A stretch of DNA of 64,000 nucleotides from Eremomyces bilateralis CBS 781.70 (taxonomy: Eukaryota), in assembly GCA_010015585.1 (NCBI GenBank), contig ML975160.1; one strand, given 5' to 3'. This document shows positions 57,830-64,000 of the stretch, one piece after another. Below the pieces are notes generated by a model. That model was given only the letters and a program-made list of their open reading frames with translations, had not been told where the DNA came from and did not search any database. The translations under genes were made by a program, and so were the position numbers. Positions within the stretch are counted from its first letter, which is position 1. Every line of letters starts with the position of its first letter.

Positions 57830-59811
57830 TCATGTCCACACGGTCGGAGGTGGTGCGACGAACCCCGTGGGATGCGGGTAGCCACCGAATGTTGTCGGTG
57901 GGCTCCCAAAATTGAAAAGCCCATCGTCATGGGCGGACGGGAGACTGTACGGAGTCGCCGCGGCGGTTGACGGCATCGAACTGGCCGGGCTTGAAATGGC
58001 GGACGATGTCGTTGGACTGGCGTAAACGCTACTACTCGCCGGTGTGAACAGGTGAGGCTCAATCCCAGAGGGTGGAACTTCGAGCCACGGCGATCGTGGT
58101 GTCATAGGCGGCATGCTCGAGAGGTCAGAGATCATGGTCGGTGAGCTCAGGTGAAGCGGCGATGGGGCAAACGCGGGAGAAAGCGATTGGGAATATCCAA
58201 ATTCCGCAATCTGGTTGCCCAAATCCAAGCTTAAGGTATCGAGCCCATATGGATCGCTCTGAATCGCTGCGATCTCTTGAGATTGCCTTCGACTCCAGTC
58301 CACGCGTGTCCGGAAGGTGGAAAGGGTGTCGCGGGGGAAATCCATCATCGCGGAGGCTGTCTGGGTGTTTTGACTGAATGTTGGAGTGGCCGACACCGCG
58401 TCAATGATACGAATAATCTCCTCCAAGGGTGAAACGGCTAGGTTCGCGGTGAAAGCTGCCCCAATGTCAGGGAAGTTGGGTTCGACTGCCAATGCAACGG
58501 CATAAAAATGCGCGAGGACGAGCAGCATGAATACGTCGCCCTTTCGTGCCGACAGCAGCGTGATGGGGACCCAGAACATCCATTTCCTCAATGCGTATAG
58601 TTGACTGAACTGTTCTTCGACGGACTGGGCGGGATTGCTCGCTCGTAGCTGATCAATGTAGCCCTGGAACTGCTCCACCCATTTCTTTTCTGCTTCATTT
58701 TCCGAGAGATATGGCTGTAACCTTTGAAGCGCTTGCTGCACATGTTGAAGGATCCTCATGCGCTGGTCTCGCGCTTCGGGGGTCACTTGGTAAGTCGATA
58801 TGCTCGCCAAAGTGGGAAACGGGGTGAAGTGAAAATCCGCGATGAAATCCGCGAACAATGACTCTTCGCGCCATTGATACATTGACGCTACAAACTGGAT
58901 TTTCATTAGCTTTGGTGGTGGCGGAAACTACATCAGTCACTTACAGTCCGAATTCCGGTGACCAGAGATAGCCAATTGCGCCTAAAGCAGAGTAAGCTTG
59001 ATGAACGAGGCCCTTCTATCATGGTCATTCCTACCATTCTGTGGATTGCCAAGACAGGAGCAGTGATGCGGCGAGAATGGAATCCGAATTGGCCTTGGAA
59101 AACAACGGAGTTGCTTCGTGGAGACCTTTCATCGCAATCATATTATGTTGAAAGGCAAGGTTCCGAGTTTCTGGTGACTGAGTGACCCAGGCCAGGTGAG
59201 CTGCCGCAAAAGATAGCAGAGCGTGCAATACAAAGGGTTGCGACGCTGCACAACTTAGAAATCTACGCGATGTTAGATGGGTAAGAATTGATCACGAGTC
59301 ACCATTATGCTTACCTGGGGATGTAGTCGGTCCATATCGTTAGTTTGGACGTTCGATTCCGTTGCAGCTCACTAGAGATGGAGCAAACGTGGTAGATCAA
59401 GCGGAGATCGGTTTTCGAAACCGATGGCCAGTGTGGCTGTGGGAAGACATTGAGTTCAGGGAATGGAAACTCCCCCGTTGCCCTCCACGAATCAATAGTC
59501 CTCTCAATTTCGGGCGTCCAGAGTAGATTGGCCTGGGGAGGATACCGAGGACTTTCGTCGCCAGGTGCAGTGGGACTGTCCATATAATCGCAGCGGACCT
59601 GATGCTTGGTGCAATTCCGACTAGCAGTGGTCAGCTCCAGACGGTGGACGAAGAAAAGAAAGTTGTAAGCACAAGGAGCCTCATGAAATCAAGATGGTTA
59701 CCATTGCGGAAACGTCTCGTCGCATCGAATATGTCTTCTCTTGCATGTTTTACAACCTTTCCGGGACTTCGTGTGGCTCCTGCGCGATGGTCCACCACCA
59801 GCACCAGCCAT
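57830..59811 (-). CDS. Zn2Cys6 transcription factor, Upc2/Ecm22-like (intron-retained isoform; spliced isoform would extend to 57380)
   Basis: MAGAGGGPSRRSHTKSRKGCKTCKRRHIRCDETFPQCRNCTKHQVRCDY (split by intron 59621-59700); VLHALLSFAAAHLAW and NSDSILAASLLLSWQ typical of the Upc2-like C-terminal domain. Confidence 0.88.
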
Positions 59812-62800
59812 TATAAAATATGGAATGAAGTCTAGACCGAACCAGTGCAAAGATGCAAAGATCTAAGAGTTAAGGGTTGTCTAACTGAAAGTCCAATGAG
59901 GGGAACGGGAGGACGCAGTGGAGGAGCAAGCTGGACCATGAATTTGTTGAAGACTCGTCCGATTCGAAACGAGAGCCGAAAGGGAGAGTCTCCCATGTAT
60001 GTATATAGGAGATGATAGTTAGTGTAATGAAGAAGCGTCACTCCGTCGCTAAAGGATGTCAATATCAGATCCGACGGTTTGATTGACCACGCATCAAAAG
60101 AGTGGAGCGTTGCAAGGAGATTATGTAGATTACGGAGTAGTGTCGAGGGGTCTATTACGAAAGACGTTTTTGGCAGGGCTGAACTGGTCTTGAGGGTTAA
60201 TTTCCCGTCGAACAGCTTCACTGTGACACGGACATGTATGATTGAGAGAAGAAACGCCTAATGAACTTGAGCTGTCCACCCTATTACCCCTGTTGCATAG
60301 AACGGAGCGAAATCAGGTGCAGCAGTCGACATCATAACAGCGGTATGGAACAATTGAGGCTGTGAAAGGGAGATCTGAGGAGGGGTTCAAGAAAAGTCTC
60401 CGAGCGAGACCAGGACGCCGGATGGTCATAGATTTTTAGTGATTGACGTTGAGGATGGAGGTTAGATCCCTACCAGTCAAGTTTAACGGTTGCTTCGACC
60501 AGGCACAAGCATTGCACCAGACGATTTTAGAAACACGCTAATCTGCCTAGCTAACCCACATCTTGGACCACTCGGGAGGAAACCAGGCGAGTGGAGCGAG
60601 CGGAGGGGGGCTCGACGAGGGAGGGGGCCATCAGCCACGGCCCATGGGGTCATGATGTGGGAGCCTAGGAGGGATGTAGTGACGAGAAATTGGACGAAGA
60701 TTCCGCACCGGAAAGATCCGTTGGCGCGGGACGAAAGGTGTCCGAAAGGAGTAATGCGGGTTCGAATATTGTTGCCACTTGGCCGTGAGGCTTTTGCGGC
60801 TAAGATTATCTGAACGATTGGACCATGGATGGTCAGGGGAGAGACAACACTGCCCCCGGAAATTTCCCGCACCTTGTTCGATATTAAGCATGCTCACGGA
60901 ATATATGTGGATGAAAGTTTCCCAGGAGGGAGAAAAGGTGTGTTCCTAAGTCAACTTTCTCCCGTCAAGGTGAACTGTGAAGGCTGGACTGGGACTACCC
61001 CGCCAAAGTTTGTTATTATGTTTCTTCATGTTAAGTTTATCTTATGTGCTGCCGTGTGGAGACAGGAGACGGGAGAGAGCGAGAGGGAGATGTGGTCAGG
61101 GGCCAGTGGCTGAGTCCGTCGTGGTGGTAATATGATATCCAGTCTTGCGGTCCACGGAAGAGCGGAATGCGGATTCATTCCTCGATTCGGTTCTGCAACT
61201 GACAAGCCTCCCAGTGACCCTGCCACTGCCCAAGAAGCTTGATGAGGCGATGAGGCGATGGCTGGACTGGCGATGAGGGACGGGATGAAATGATGTGTCA
61301 ATTCCGCCGATGTTTTGGTGTATCGCTTGCACACTCAGCCGAACCCCTGTGAGTCCTGCTAGACATGGATCCATGTGGTAAGTGACTATTTTGATCCAGG
61401 GGACCAAGACCCTTTCAGCCGCACTTCGACCAGCAGCCGGACCAGGGCTTGAATGTAACAATAACCCTTCGTCTCAGTCCTGTCTTGTTACGAAGTATCA
61501 ACTCGTTCCTCTGTCACCTATACTCTCTACAAAGGACAAAATCGTCTGCCTTGGCCCCCAACGCTACCTTTCCAAGCACACCAAGATGAATATGAATGAC
61601 GACCAGGCGCACTCTTGTTTCCAGGGTTCTCCATGGACCGAGGATCAGATGGGCCAAGGTGGATCCATTGATCGGCTTGGTTCGAACACCCGATATCCTG
61701 GGAGCGACGTACATACATATTATTAGTACATGCTCTCTCGTGGCATGGCTGCCACCACGGACCAGTGAACACCATCCGCACTCCATCCACATTCCATAAT
61801 GATACCCGCTTATCCTGTTCTGGTATCGTCAGATAATGAAACGATAAACCAGACTCAAAAGGTAGTAATGGAGGCGATGCCCGACCGCCGCTTATCACCA
61901 AGTTGTAGCTCGTCCCATGCGACCATAGTCCAGTTCAATCGCCGAGGGTCGCGAGCTGGGAACTTCGTGCTGGTGGATTTGGCAATTCGCACGTTGGTTG
62001 GATGAAAGAGTGAGGAGCCGCAAAATGGCGTGTCGGAGCGATCCTCATTCTCTGAGATGATTCGATGATATTATTATCGTCGATTTAGCTGCCCTTGACC
62101 ACGCTGGGTTGGTGGTTCACCTGTCCCATCTCCGCGGGAATTGCATCCATGGTCGGAAGAAGTCCCCGAGAAATGCGACGGGAACACCGACCGGCAAGTG
62201 GCATGAAGCACTGTCGCTATGCCGTCCTGCGACAAGACAGATAGTGAAGATGCAAGACTGAAGATGCAAGGGCTAAAGTTTTCTGCTATTCGTATGAGGA
62301 GGTTTAGGAGGTTCACAGAGAGACGTTCACTGGTTCGGAGCAATTTGAAAAGAAGAGCCTATGGGAGAAGACCGAGGAGGGACGGGAGCGGCGAAGGACG
62401 CCACTCCAGGCAGCCGTGATGCCAAGAAGCCCCCAGTCGGACCGATGGCTGAGCTAGACCCGATCAAGGCAAGAGCAACGTTGAAGAATGTTGACAAAAC
62501 CGCAACCCGAAACAAGCATGGAATGACATTGTGCCAAGATTATCAAGGTAAGTTGGAAAACTTGAAAGACTTTGAAAGTTGAGATTCAGGTTGCATGAAT
62601 GGCGGACGTCAGGCATGAGTTACTAATTAGTTCATGAAATTCCTGAGCAAAATTGGAATGGTCTGTGCGCTGTGGTCTGTGACTTTGGCACTTTGCGAAT
62701 CTGTGGACTCACTGAACTCAGGACTGTGAGGACTGAGGAGAGAGGTATGAGGACTGAGTGAAAGGGTGTGAGACTGTGACCCATGATCCCGGATGATTGC

Positions 62801-64000
62801 CCCGGTTCCTGGGCCCTGTCCACATCCCAGGAACAGCAGGGACAGCCCGTTACAACTACTATTATTAGAATGAGCATGAGCCGCCCAACGATGATTGGTC
62901 CCCCCAGCCCGCGATTGCCTCTCTAGCGCACCCCTCCAGACCCGCACAGCCCGAGTTCCCATGTCCCATCCACACCTCTACTGACCACATTCCGCTCCGA
63001 ACATTGAACAGTATGAGGTCGGAACTAATCCCCAAAACAGGCTTCAGTACAGGTGAGCGTCACCTTTATGATTCGTATTCCGGTCAGTCCGCGGAGTACG
63101 GAGTTCGGAATATTTACACCTGTCGAATTACTCCGTCTCTCCCTCGTCATCGCTTCTTCTTGTCTTCGCAGGTCTCTTATTATCGAAACTCTCGGTCCTT
63201 ATCCAGCATCATTTCATCCTTTCATCATTCCCCGGTGGCTGAGACCCCTATAACAGCGTCCGACATGCCATGCCCATGTGCACGGGCAATGGATCGACAT
63301 TCGCAGGGTGGTGACTTGTGGGTGGTGACTCATGGCTGCATCGTCCACAAGACTTGATGACTAATGAGAAGAGAGATCTACCTATCAATATCAATCAGTC
63401 AATCATTCAATCGGTCAATGGGAATCAGACTCTGGATTGTCGAACCGGACGTGAGCAGTGGTGCAATTTTTGTTTCTTTTGCCCCTCTTGCTCTGCGCTT
63501 GCAAATATGACCTGGTTCCTACCAATCGGCGCCATCTTAAATACTGTTGCATGAAGAACACTTGCAGTCGGCAGGAAATATATGTACCCACCCCGCTTTT
63601 CCGCAAAATAAAGCTACACTCGGTCTAGCTCCCGCTGCCAAATGTGGCGAGGCAGCTTTTAGAATTGCCAAACCCAATCTGCAGTCCTTGTGCGGTTCCG
63701 GGGTCCCGATCGACAGTTCTGAGCTCTAAATCTCAATTCTCAGGGTTCCCTTGGTCAAGGATAGGGCGTGGCATGGCTACCAAACAGGGGTAGCATCGGT
63801 CGTTTCGCACATTGGCCATTGCAGGTTCTTCTGTTCTTCTTTGGTCCAGCTCGAAGATCGGCGAAGATCGGTGATGATCGGTCCAGTCGAGACTTGAGAA
63901 GTCGAGATTCATGTCCGAGGTTACCGGTGGGTGCGGCTGGGCGACCGGAACACCAACTATACCTACCTACCTTTGACTTTGAAGCTCGCAAGAGGCCCAG

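Noticed and set aside
60789..60812. GGCTTTTGCGGCTAAGAT, resembling the U2 snRNA 5' region
   Set aside because: Lacks the GTAGTA branch-pairing sequence and an Sm site.

Overview
Eukaryotic genomic DNA from a filamentous ascomycete (Pezizomycotina; short GT-AG introns with CTRAY branch points). There is one 10-N scaffold gap at 37771-37780. Conserved genes: EXO70 (5' part only), a cPLA2/lysophospholipase, a GYF-domain protein, CPS1/DIP2, LEU4, LSM4, importin-beta KAP95, an intron-containing tRNA-Thr(TGT), a UCH37-type deubiquitinase, a LigB dioxygenase and a Upc2-like Zn2Cys6 factor. Accessory content: (i) a block at 11.9-22.3 kb with a micro-exon-rich MFS transporter, a nearly intact pogo/Fot1 transposon, an SNG1-family protein, a secreted alpha/beta hydrolase and an intronless secreted HEXXH protein; (ii) a Zn2Cys6 factor and an FAD monooxygenase next to the tRNA, both pseudogenised; (iii) a secreted FAD oxidase and a Pth11-like membrane protein. 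I found no clearly new multi-gene system. The best leads are a hidden 90-nt terminal intron that would swap the C-terminus of the Upc2-like factor (retention vs splicing), an orphan Gly-Met-repeat low-complexity protein, three 8-15 nt micro-exons, the co-decaying regulator/enzyme pair, a LigB with an optional signal-peptide-like extension, and an over-represented intergenic 9-mer (TACGGAGTA). Gene models were spliced by hand and family calls come from motif recognition; no database searches were run.
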